DNA from: Gammaproteobacteria bacterium
GTDB taxonomy: Bacteria > Pseudomonadota > Gammaproteobacteria > JABABF01
Assembly (NCBI GenBank): GCA_965237805.1
Contig: OZ250153.1
Location: 320,001-384,000, forward strand
Length of the DNA stretch: 64,000 bases
Reading direction: 5' to 3'
Shown: positions 49,873 to 58,916 of the stretch, piece after piece
How the letters are laid out: each line of letters begins with the position of its first letter
Position numbering within the stretch: the first letter of the stretch is position 1
Notes under the pieces: generated by a model
Told to the model about the DNA's origin: nothing
What the model saw: only the letters and a program-made list of their open reading frames with translations
Database searches by the model: none
Translations under genes and position numbers: made by a program

Positions 49873-50597
49873 CACGGCACAGCGACCGCCACCGGCACAT
49901 AGGCTTGACCGTGTGCTCGGCGACGCAACAGGCGCAGCGCCCTGCCGCCCTCTGCGCCATCGAGCCCCCGCCATGCGCCATCGCGCCACAGTCGAAAACG
50001 GGGATGCGGCGAGGCGATGCCAAAGTGCTTCGCCCAACGCGCCAAGCCACTGCCATCTTTGATACCAGCCAAGTAGATGTCGAGCCGGCCTGAGGGACGT
50101 GAGCGCACCATCGCCAAGGCGCGAGCTACCCATTGGCGGCAAGTCCCCTCGCAGATCGCAGGGCTGAACAGGGCCCACCGCTCGGCATCACCAGCGCCTG
50201 TGCCACTGGTCGCATGTAGCGGTGCGACGGACAGCGGGGCGTCACCATAGCGCTCGGCCACCACCGTATTGACCATATGTTGGAAGGCGAGTTCACCAGC
50301 GTTGCGCACATCTTCCAAGGCGACAAAGTGCATCGCATGGCGGTGCCGCTCAGCGTCGTCGCGAGCGTGCACCCCCAGCACCGTCACCGGATCTAAACCC
50401 GGGCTCCAAATGCCGCGCGGGCCGCGCTTAAGGCTCAAATAACGTTGCCAGTCCACCGCCGACAAACCCCAAGCCTCGCCCTCTGATGGTGCTGGCCCAT
50501 ACGCGGCGGACAGACTCGACGGGTGTGCGTGCACGACGCCGCACGGCAGTAGCACTGGTGTCACCACCGCCAAGGCTAGCAGCCACCACCCACTCAC
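49872..50597 (-). CDS. ICE protein, TIGR03759 (PFL_4693)-like
   Basis: WGL...WQRY..L..GPRGIWSPGLDPVTVLG..ARDDAER, LDIYL, RWA...GI. Confidence 0.88.
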   Translation of the reverse strand: MSGWWLLALAVVTPVLLPCGVVHAHPSSLSAAYGPAPSEGEAWGLSAVDWQRYLSLKRGPRGIWSPGLDPVTVLGVHARDDAERHRHAMHFVALEDVRNAGELAFQHMVNTVVAERYGDAPLSVAPLHATSGTGAGDAERWALFSPAICEGTCRQWVARALAMVRSRPSGRLDIYLAGIKDGSGLARWAKHFGIASPHPRFRLWRDGAWRGLDGAEGGRALRLLRRRAHGQAYVPVAVAVP

Positions 50598-51397
50598 AGT
50601 GTCCTCACCCAGCGCTGGCCATTTGCATGGCGAAAAGTCACCCGGCGCGCCGTCAGGTCGGCCTCCACCAATTGCCAAGCGCCGTAATGGGCACCGAGGC
50701 GCAAGGTGTGGCGCCGCTGGGCGCTGTCTAACAAGCTGACATAGTGATAACCACCCAGCGTCCACAGTGCAGTGGGCAACAGCCCCGGGGTTGCAGGGCT
50801 CGGGGGCGGCGGCCCCAGCGCGACTACCGTGCGCGCGGGGGCAAGCTCAGCCTCAGAGCATGAGCCGTTCCGGGAAGCCACAGCAGAGCAGCCAGACGCG
50901 TTGCTCTGCTCGGTGTTGTGCGCGGCTGCCGATTGCGGGGTGCTCGGGTGCCCGGGCTCAGGCAGCGGGACAGCGCCCCGCGTATCGCCAGCACCGCCAC
51001 CCCATACGGCAGGCCGCATCGATAGCTCGCTGTCATCGCCAGTGGCACTGGCAAGGGATGTGGTAGCTGATGCCGGGTCGACATTGGCCACAGACGCACC
51101 CGCCAGCGACTGCGCCCCAGCCCCATACCGGCCACGGGAAGCACCCCGCGACGAGCCATCCCCAGCGAGCTGGCCGCTGGGGGCAGCTGCAATGCCGACG
51201 GCGACTTGGCTCCAACTGACCGGCCAGCTGATCACCACTGCGGCGAGAAGTCCGACTGCACAGCCACACAGGCTCGCGAGACACAGAGGCCAACGGGTGC
51301 CGTGTGGAGGGGAGCGCCTTTCCCCGCCGTCACAGCACACGTCACAGGATCCATCCTGTCGTTGCCTGCATCCTTGCTGGCCTTGACTCTGTGCCAT
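50594..51397 (-). CDS. Membrane-anchored ICE protein (gene normally preceding TIGR03759), diverged
   Basis: TM helix, low-complexity linker, and a C-terminal beta domain GGYHYVSL...LRLG...GAWQL...VTF resembling the conserved gene at this position. Confidence 0.55.
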   Translation of the reverse strand: MAQSQGQQGCRQRQDGSCDVCCDGGERRSPPHGTRWPLCLASLCGCAVGLLAAVVISWPVSWSQVAVGIAAAPSGQLAGDGSSRGASRGRYGAGAQSLAGASVANVDPASATTSLASATGDDSELSMRPAVWGGGAGDTRGAVPLPEPGHPSTPQSAAAHNTEQSNASGCSAVASRNGSCSEAELAPARTVVALGPPPPSPATPGLLPTALWTLGGYHYVSLLDSAQRRHTLRLGAHYGAWQLVEADLTARRVTFRHANGQRWVRTL

Positions 51398-51660
51398 CTC
51401 CGATTCCTGTGAGAGACCTGATGACCTCTGCTCCCGCCCCATCCTGATTTCGAATTCTCGATCTCGGGCATCGCCGCCGACACCGGCATGGGTCATTCAC
51501 CATAAGCAAGACACAGCCCCATGTCAGCCATCAAATGACAGCGCAAAAAATGCAATTTGATGCCCCTCAGGCACAGGGCGACACCCAGCACGCTGGTGCT
51601 AAAATACCAGCATGCGCCGCTGGCTCGTCGGCTGGCACCCACCCATCGCCGAGACCCCTC

Positions 51661-52287
51661 ATGACCCACCCCACCCTCGAATGCTTCTTCGACTGCTCCA
51701 GCCCGTGGACCTACATGGCGTTCACACGACTCCAGCCGCTGGCGGCGCAATACCAGCTGCCAATTCAGTGGCGCCCAATCTTGGTCGGCGGCGTGTTCAA
51801 CGCGATCAACCCAGACATCTACCAGCTGCGCGAGGGCGCTCTGGGAAATCCCGAGTACCGCGCTCGGATGATGAAGGATATGGGCGACTGGGCGGCGCTC
51901 TGTGGCATCAAAATCAGCTGGCCTGAGTTCCATCCCGGCAGCAGCGTCAAAGTCATGCGCGGCTGTTTTGTCGCCGAGGAAGCCGGCAAATTACTGCCCT
52001 ATGCCGAGCGCGCATTCGCCACCTATTGGGGGGAGCTGCGCAACTTCTCAGAAGAGGATGTGTTGCGCGATATCGTCCGCGCCGTCGGCTTGGACGAAGC
52101 GGAGTTCTTCGACAAGATCACCCGACCAGAATACAAGCAGAAATTGCGCGACAACACCGACGAGCTGGTGCGACGCGGCGGCTATGGCTCGCCGACGATG
52201 TTCGTGGATGGCGACGATATGTATTTCGGCAACGACCGGCTGCCGGTGTTGGAGGCAGCGCTACAGCGCAAGGCTGGAACGGGATAA
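51661..52287 (+). CDS. 2-hydroxychromene-2-carboxylate isomerase / kappa-GST (DsbA-like)
   Basis: FFDCSSPWTY, WRPILVGGVF, RGGYGSPTMFV, YFGNDRL. Confidence 0.9.
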   Translation: MTHPTLECFFDCSSPWTYMAFTRLQPLAAQYQLPIQWRPILVGGVFNAINPDIYQLREGALGNPEYRARMMKDMGDWAALCGIKISWPEFHPGSSVKVMRGCFVAEEAGKLLPYAERAFATYWGELRNFSEEDVLRDIVRAVGLDEAEFFDKITRPEYKQKLRDNTDELVRRGGYGSPTMFVDGDDMYFGNDRLPVLEAALQRKAGTG

Positions 52288-52345
52288 GGATGCTTGCGCA
52301 CGCACAAGCCTGACAGCATCCCTCTATATCCTTGTCAGAAATATC

Positions 52346-52889
52346 ATGACTGATATCCAAGAATTGGAAAATGACCGCGAACGCCGCAACCTCATGCTCT
52401 GCGCAGTGGCGTTTAATGCATATTATTTTGCTGGGGGAGAAATATCTGCTGAAGGAGCAAGGCTGATGTGGATTGGCATCAATTTTACTAAGCCAGCAGT
52501 CTTGACATATATGGCATGGGGGATGTTGTTTTGGTTTACTTATAGGTTTTGGCAAACGACACCTAATCTTCTCGTTCAAAGACGCCTTGTTAAAGGATGA
52601 TATACAAGGCTTTAAGAAAAAAAATTATATTCGCGATTTTATAGAAAGCATCCCTGGGGAAGAGGGCGATAATGTGCATAGCATAAACTATGATGGATGG
52701 CGATTTACAATTACAAAAGCACACTCATTCGGAGGCGACCAGAACAATAATAGAGTGATCCCAGCACGTTTATGCTGCAGAATATGGTGCAGCCAGATAC
52801 TAAAGAACAGTTGGTTCTCATATCATATCGTGCCCTATGTGGTCTTAGCATTTGCTGTGGCATCACCCTGCCTATCCAGCTACATTTAA
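52346..52889 (+). CDS. AT-rich hypothetical membrane protein split by one frameshift near 52570
   Basis: MTDIQELENDRERRNLML...WFTYRFWQ continues in another frame as FSFKDALLKDDIQG...IVPYVVLAFAVA; visibly AT-richer than its flanks. Confidence 0.55.
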
Positions 52890-52910
52890 TCTGCTCAATA
52901 CAGCTCCCTC

Positions 52911-54191
52911 TCAATCCAGCGAAGCCGCCCCCACACCCTGTAGCACTCCCCCCGCCCGCTCCAAGTCGGCACCGCTGGGACTTTGGTAGGCGCTGAGCCC
53001 GAATTCGGGTAGCACCGAGAGCAAGTGATCAAAAATATCGTTCTGGATGTCTTCGTAGCTGATCCAGGCGGTGTCGTTGGTGAACACATAGATTTCGATT
53101 GGCAAGCCGTTGGCGGTGGGCGCGAGTTGGCGCACCAGCAGGGTCATGCTTTGGTGGATCTTGGGGTGATTGCGCAAATAGGCAAGGCAGTAGGCTCGGA
53201 AAGTACCGACATTGGTCAGGCGGCGACCGTTGATCAGCTCTTTGAGATCGTCTCCCACCGAATCGTTATGTGCTTGGATCTCATCGAGCTTGGCGTTGAG
53301 ATAAGCATCCAAAAGGCGCATGCGCCGGAAGCGCCCGAGCAGCTCTTCATCGGCGAAGCGAATCGCACGCAGGTCGATGTGCACGGCGCGCTTGATGCGA
53401 CGCCCACCGGCATCGCTCATGCCGCGCCAGTTTTTGAAGGAGTCTGAAATCAGCGCGTAGGTCGGGATGGTGGTGATGGTCAAATCCCAGTTGCGCACCT
53501 TGACTGTGGTCAGCGAAACATCGATCACATCGCCGTCGGCCCCGCGATCCGGCATCTCCAGCCAATCGCCCTCCATGACCATGTTGTTGACGGCCAGCTG
53601 GTAGCCAGCCACGAAGCCGAGAATGGCATCCTTGAAGACCAGCAGCAGGACGGCGGTGAGGGCACCCAGTCCGGAGAGAAACACCAGCGGCGATTTGCCG
53701 AGGATCACCGAGAGGATGAAGACCAAGCCGACTAAGTTGATGCACAGTTTTGCCGCTTGGATGAAAGTCTTGGCGGGATAGCGCTTGCCGACCGGGTTGC
53801 GCTGCCAGATATCGCAGGAGAAGTTCAGAGCACCGTCGATAATGAGCAAGGCGATGACGATCAGATAAGTGTTGACGGCGACGCGCAACGCGGCGAGGAT
53901 CTCGTCGTGGCTGGCGAAAACCACTGGTGCCAGCCAGTGGATGACGAGTGCCGGGACGAGGTGGGAGAAGCGGGTGATGACTGCGTTCTGTACCAAGAGA
54001 TCGTCCCACTGGGTGGCACTGCTGCGGACCAGCGGATGGACGACACTGGCGATCAAGCGCTTGGCGAGGAAGTTGGCGAACAGCGCCAGCGCGAGCAGGC
54101 CGAGCCCAACCGAGGCAACGGCAATACTCTGGGCAGCGGTGGTACCGAGCGAGAGCTGGTGCAACCAAGCGGCGATGGTGTCGGCGGTCAT
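52911..54191 (-). CDS. Mechanosensitive channel, MscS family (YbdG-like)
   Basis: LLLVFKDAILGFVAG, GDWLEMP..GADGDV, VRNWD.TITTIPTY, GGRRIKR, RRLTNVGTFR. Confidence 0.93.
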   Translation of the reverse strand: MTADTIAAWLHQLSLGTTAAQSIAVASVGLGLLALALFANFLAKRLIASVVHPLVRSSATQWDDLLVQNAVITRFSHLVPALVIHWLAPVVFASHDEILAALRVAVNTYLIVIALLIIDGALNFSCDIWQRNPVGKRYPAKTFIQAAKLCINLVGLVFILSVILGKSPLVFLSGLGALTAVLLLVFKDAILGFVAGYQLAVNNMVMEGDWLEMPDRGADGDVIDVSLTTVKVRNWDLTITTIPTYALISDSFKNWRGMSDAGGRRIKRAVHIDLRAIRFADEELLGRFRRMRLLDAYLNAKLDEIQAHNDSVGDDLKELINGRRLTNVGTFRAYCLAYLRNHPKIHQSMTLLVRQLAPTANGLPIEIYVFTNDTAWISYEDIQNDIFDHLLSVLPEFGLSAYQSPSGADLERAGGVLQGVGAASLD

Positions 54192-54441
54192 GGCGAACTC
54201 GACTTCAAATCAACCACAGCATCCTGCCCAAACATCATGCTGTGCTGCGTTGCAAGTTCCGGTGCGACCATCGCTTGGCCACCGTAGAGGCCCGACCCAT
54301 GTCCGTCGGTAGGACGCGGCAAGCGCCTCTGATCGCAACTTTGCGCACATTGGACAGCGGCCAGAAATAGCGTGCTAGCGTGGCTGCCCCACGATCTGTC
54401 AACTGTCCGTTCTGTGCCATCACAAAAGCAAGCGAGCCATC

Positions 54442-56586
54442 TCATAGAGCCCGTTCAACAGTCGCCGCCTGCTCGTGGCCTTGGGCCGCGGCCTGCTGTA
54501 GCCACTGTTGTGCTTTTCTGTGATCGCGCGAGACACCAAACCCGTGCACGTAGGCGAGCCCGATGCCGTACTGGGCGACGGCCTCGTCCTGAGCCGCCGC
54601 CCGATGGAACCACCGCAATGCGGCGGTGGCATCGCGCGCCACCCCATCGCCATTGAAAAAGAACACGCCAAGGGCAACTTGGGCGCGGGCGTCTCCCCGC
54701 GCCGCCGCCTGCTCAAACCATGTCATCGCCATATTGGCATTGCGGTGCACACCATGGCCTTGGGTATAGGCGACACCGAGATTGTATTGCGCGGGAGGCA
54801 GCCCTTGATTCGCCGCCATCCGGAACCACCGCATCGCTTCTTCGAGATCGGTTTGCACGCCCTCTCCAGCCATGGCCGCAAGCCCGAGATGATATTGAGC
54901 ACAGGCATCTTCTTGCTCAGCTGCTTGCAGCCACCAATCCCGTGCGGCATCAGGATCAACCGCCATGCCGTCGCCATTGGCAGACATCAGTCCCAGCAAA
55001 AACTTCGCTCCGGCGTGATCTTGGCGCACTGCTTCATCCACCAATTTCCGCGCCTGTTGCGCATCGGGCTCGACCACCGCATCGGGCCGCACACCCCGCC
55101 CCATCAAATAGCAGCAGGCCAGCTCGTACTGTGCGCCAGCATGCCCTTGCTCGGTTGCCTGGCGCAAATAATGCACCGCTTTGACCGACTCGACAGGCAC
55201 CCCAAGGCCTGACAGATAGCACCGCCCCAAGTGATATTGCGCAACGACATGGCCCTGTGCCGCCGCATCGTGAAACAAACGTGCCGCTCCATCCAAGCGT
55301 ACCGGCGTGCCACGACCCTCGGCATACAGAATCCCCAAGCTGCTCTGAGCGGGAGCGTAGCCCCGCTCGGCAGCGTCACGCAAATAGTCAATCGCCCACA
55401 CCAAATCGCTCTCTTCCATGCCAATGCCGTCCAGATAGCAATATCCCAAAGCGAATTGGGCCGGGGGATGCAACTGTGCAGCGGCCTTTCGAAACCATTT
55501 CACCGCCTCGCCGGGATTCTCATCATGCACCCCATGACCTTCCAAATAATTCATGCCCAAATGGTATTGCGAAGCGGCATCCCCTTGGGCAGCCGCTTTG
55601 CGCAACCAACCGATGGCATGCGTCGGATCCGCTTGCACGCCAATGCCATTGAGATAGCACAACCCCAAGCTGGCCTGCGCCGTCACCAAGCCTTGGTGGG
55701 CAGCCGCGCTAAACAATTGCTTGGCTTGCTGGGGATCGACCTCGACCCCCTCACCATCCCGATAACAAGCCGCCAAGTTGTTTTGCGCAACGGCCGCGCC
55801 CTGATCGACAGCTCTGGCAAACCAGCTGGCTGCCTCTTGGCGATTCTCTGCCACACCCTTCGCTTCAAAATAGCAAATGCCGAGGTGGGTTTGCGCATCT
55901 GCATTGCCGTGCTCGGCTGCAGCTCTAAAGTAACTGACTGCTCGGTCAAAATCGGCCTTTACCCCGTGGCCATAAAAATAGTATCGCCCAAGATTATCTT
56001 GTGCACTGGCATCACCGGCATCAGCGCGCTGGCGAAGTAGTCCGCTCGTTTCCAGCAAACTGGCACCCCCCACTGCGAACGGCCACAAACGTAACAGCAA
56101 GGCCGCCAAGCGACGCCACGCACTCCGTGTATCTATTTGGATTCCCGCCGGGAGAGCCACGCGACAATAGCCGTTTTCGGAAGCCGCATAATCACTGGAA
56201 AACCCGATATATCTTTTGGACAAACGCAGCGTCTTATGTACTATAGAAATAATATTTTTCCTAGATGAGATAAGGATATACCCATATAAACTATTGGCAT
56301 GGTTTATGATATTTGCAATCGCCATGCGCCATACAGATACTGTTTCAAAATCAGATTTTTCGGTCTTCCGAATCCCCATGGAAAATTCCAAAAGATCAAA
56401 ATCAGAACGATTTTGATAGGTGAAATCCCGCTTCATTTTGGCATCTTTCGTCACTGTGCCAGATTGTTTGATTGCACTAAAACGCTGGATGAAATACAGC
56501 ACGGCGAGAACAGAAGAGGCCGACACCACTAACAAAAGTAACCAGGCCTGCACAGACACAGTAGCTAAATTTTCAAAGTTCAACAT
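54442..56586 (-). CDS. Membrane-anchored Sel1-repeat protein (14 repeats)
   Basis: N-terminal TM, then 14 units of AQ..LG..Y..G.GV..D...A..W...AA.QG. Confidence 0.93.
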   Translation of the reverse strand: MLNFENLATVSVQAWLLLLVVSASSVLAVLYFIQRFSAIKQSGTVTKDAKMKRDFTYQNRSDFDLLEFSMGIRKTEKSDFETVSVWRMAIANIINHANSLYGYILISSRKNIISIVHKTLRLSKRYIGFSSDYAASENGYCRVALPAGIQIDTRSAWRRLAALLLRLWPFAVGGASLLETSGLLRQRADAGDASAQDNLGRYYFYGHGVKADFDRAVSYFRAAAEHGNADAQTHLGICYFEAKGVAENRQEAASWFARAVDQGAAVAQNNLAACYRDGEGVEVDPQQAKQLFSAAAHQGLVTAQASLGLCYLNGIGVQADPTHAIGWLRKAAAQGDAASQYHLGMNYLEGHGVHDENPGEAVKWFRKAAAQLHPPAQFALGYCYLDGIGMEESDLVWAIDYLRDAAERGYAPAQSSLGILYAEGRGTPVRLDGAARLFHDAAAQGHVVAQYHLGRCYLSGLGVPVESVKAVHYLRQATEQGHAGAQYELACCYLMGRGVRPDAVVEPDAQQARKLVDEAVRQDHAGAKFLLGLMSANGDGMAVDPDAARDWWLQAAEQEDACAQYHLGLAAMAGEGVQTDLEEAMRWFRMAANQGLPPAQYNLGVAYTQGHGVHRNANMAMTWFEQAAARGDARAQVALGVFFFNGDGVARDATAALRWFHRAAAQDEAVAQYGIGLAYVHGFGVSRDHRKAQQWLQQAAAQGHEQAATVERAL

Positions 56587-56692
56587 TTGATCAATGATCC
56601 GCGCTTATTTTCTGTAAAACCTGGTGGCATTGGCATCGCTCAACGAGAACACACGATGTCGCAATGCCCTCCTCCATCAACAGTGTGTCAAG

Positions 56693-57532
56693 CTACTCTT
56701 GCACGCTATAGGCAGATGAATCCTGCCCAAACATCACTTGCTTTTGTGCGTCGGTGAAAGTGGCTGTCTGGCCATCGGCCGGCCACATTTCTTTGCCAAC
56801 ATCCATGCCGGTTTGCACAGCGGGCCGGTCGTTGACAGCTTGATACCAGCGCATCAAATTCTGAAAGGGGCTCAGATCGGCACCGACACCAGGGTGCGCA
56901 CGCAACCAAGGGAAAGTTGCCATGTCGGCGATGCTGTAGTCATCGCCAGCCAAGTACTGCGCAGCGTCGAGATGGCGATCCATGACGCCGAGCAAACGGT
57001 CGTACTCGTTGAGATAGCGGGTCTGCGCATAGCTCAACGCCGCATCCTCGGGGCAGCCCAGCTCTTTGGCGTAAAACAGGAAATGGTTCAGCTGGCCGAG
57101 CATCGGCCCTTGGTTGGCCATCTGCCAAAATAGCCACTGCACGGTGCGCTGGCGCTCGACTGTGCCAGCTGGTGCCAAGAAACGGCCAAATTTCTCCGCC
57201 AGATAGAACAGGATGGCACCGGACTCAAACACATGCAATGGCTCGCCACCGGGGCCGTCGTGGTCGATCAAGGCCGGGATGCGCCCATTGGGATTGATCT
57301 GTAGGAAATCGTCGGAAAACTGCTGGCCGTGGGCAAGATCGATCCAAGTGATCCGATAGGATGCGTCCAACTCGGCCAACAGCACTGTCACCTTGCGCGC
57401 ATTCGGGGTCGGCCCAAAGCAGAGCTCGAGCGTGGCGTCTATGTGATCGCCAGCGTGCCCCGCCTCCGACAGCATGTCGGCGTTCAACTGCACTGGCTTG
57501 GATGCTGCGCCCTCTGCGCCCCGTGCCACCAT
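56693..57532 (-). CDS. Glutathione S-transferase, YfcG/YghU (Nu) class, copy 1 (start may be internal)
   Basis: PTPNARKV, INPNGRIPAL, FESGAILFYLAEK, WLFWQMANQGP, YSIADMA. Confidence 0.92.
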   Translation of the reverse strand: MVARGAEGAASKPVQLNADMLSEAGHAGDHIDATLELCFGPTPNARKVTVLLAELDASYRITWIDLAHGQQFSDDFLQINPNGRIPALIDHDGPGGEPLHVFESGAILFYLAEKFGRFLAPAGTVERQRTVQWLFWQMANQGPMLGQLNHFLFYAKELGCPEDAALSYAQTRYLNEYDRLLGVMDRHLDAAQYLAGDDYSIADMATFPWLRAHPGVGADLSPFQNLMRWYQAVNDRPAVQTGMDVGKEMWPADGQTATFTDAQKQVMFGQDSSAYSVQE

Positions 57533-57620
57533 GGATTTACTGAAAATCTATCACTCTCAGACGACATTATAGAGGCAGAATGCGCAGTAGCGGCAATACG
57601 ACGGCGACGGGACGCTGAGA

Positions 57621-58364
57621 TCAGGCCTTATAGACTGATGAATCTTGGCCGAAAAGCGCACGCTTCTGCTCCTCGCTAAACTCGCCCGGCTGCGCGCCGA
57701 AAGCCTCCTGCTCTGCCTTGCCCACATCGATGCCAGCGCGCACGCCTGGGCGCGCTTTGAGAGCTTCGTACCAGCGGCTCAAATGGACGAATGGGGCCAG
57801 CTCTAGGCCGATATTGCGACGCGTCAACAGCCACGGAAAGGCCGCCATATCGGCGATGCTGTAGTCATCGCCAGCCAGGTATTGCGACTCGCCGAGCCGG
57901 CGGTCCATGACCCCCAACAGGCGGTCGGCCTCCTTGGCGAAGCGGGTGCGGGCGTAGGCCAGATCGCCATTGTCCGCCGCGCTGCCGCCGAGTCCTTCGG
58001 CGTAATTCATGAAATGGTTCAGATGGCCGAACACCGGCCCTTGGTTCGCCATCTGCCAGAACAGCCACTGGCTGACGCAGTGATAGCCCGCACTGCCGGG
58101 TGGCGGCAGAAAGCGGCCAGCCTTCTCGGCCAAGTAGAGCAGAATGGCGGCGGACTCGAAGAGGCTGATGCGCTCGCCACCGGGGCCGTCGGGGTCAACG
58201 ATGGCCGGAATGCGGTTGTTCGGGCTGAGGGCCAAGAAAGCCGCCTTGAATTGATCGCCAGCACCGATGTTCACCGGCACCATGCGGTAGGGAATCTGGG
58301 CCTCTTCCAGCAAGATCGACACCTTGCGCCCATTGGGCGTCGGCGCATAGTGCAGCTCGATCAT
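57621..58364 (-). CDS. Glutathione S-transferase, YfcG/YghU (Nu) class, copy 2
   Basis: PTPNGRKV, SPNNRIPAI, FESAAILLYLAEK, WLFWQMANQGP, YSIADMA. Confidence 0.93.
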   Translation of the reverse strand: MIELHYAPTPNGRKVSILLEEAQIPYRMVPVNIGAGDQFKAAFLALSPNNRIPAIVDPDGPGGERISLFESAAILLYLAEKAGRFLPPPGSAGYHCVSQWLFWQMANQGPVFGHLNHFMNYAEGLGGSAADNGDLAYARTRFAKEADRLLGVMDRRLGESQYLAGDDYSIADMAAFPWLLTRRNIGLELAPFVHLSRWYEALKARPGVRAGIDVGKAEQEAFGAQPGEFSEEQKRALFGQDSSVYKA

Positions 58365-58392
58365 CGACGCCGCCACAGCCACTGCAATGCGC

Positions 58393-58824
58393 TCAGTCCG
58401 ACAGCGTGTGGAAGTTGGATGGCCCCCACACCGCCATGAACTGGGAGAATTTGCCATCCGCGTCGAAGACCACCACATCCAGCGACTGGGTGATCATCTT
58501 CTGCTCGACACCCTTGAGAGTGGCGATGATGGCGAAGGCGGCGACCCAACCGGCGACGCGCACAGCACCCTCCAGCTCGATCGTACACAGGCCTTTGTTC
58601 GCCTCGAAGAACTCGCGTATCTCGGCCTTCCCGCGCCGCAGCTGGGTGCCGACCGGGTCGGCGAACTGGGCATCCTCGGCGAATCGCTCCATGATGCCGT
58701 CGATATCGTCATTGCTCAGCGCCTTGCAATAGCTGGCAGCGGCCGCCACCATCTGCTCGGGGGCCGGTGGCGCGCCACCCACCGGCGGCACAATCGCTAT
58801 GGTCTGCGTCACTTGCTCGTCCAT
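58393..58824 (-). CDS. ksi: Steroid delta-isomerase (KSI)-like NTF2-fold protein
   Basis: Aligns by eye to KSI: PEQM....Y..AL...DIDGI...FA.DA...DPVG....G...IREF, AAFA, LDV..F...GK. Equivalents of catalytic Tyr14, Asp38 and Asp99 are present. Confidence 0.8.
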   Translation of the reverse strand: MDEQVTQTIAIVPPVGGAPPAPEQMVAAAASYCKALSNDDIDGIMERFAEDAQFADPVGTQLRRGKAEIREFFEANKGLCTIELEGAVRVAGWVAAFAIIATLKGVEQKMITQSLDVVVFDADGKFSQFMAVWGPSNFHTLSD

Positions 58825-58916
58825 GGTTCATCTTCTCCTTCGATTCAGGTGGCAGCTGGCAGCCACAGCTGCTTGACCAGCAGCCGAGGGCAACGGTCTT
58901 GGGACCAGTCTGGGGC

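Larger units (their letters stand above)
38614..51397 (-). mobile_element. ICE-derived (PFGI-1/ICEclc class, MPF_G) type IV secretion gene block with no visible integrase, relaxase or coupling protein
   Basis: 15 co-oriented genes recognisable as PFGI-1-class transfer genes, in canonical relative order. Current mobility is not supported by anything in this window. Confidence 0.85.
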
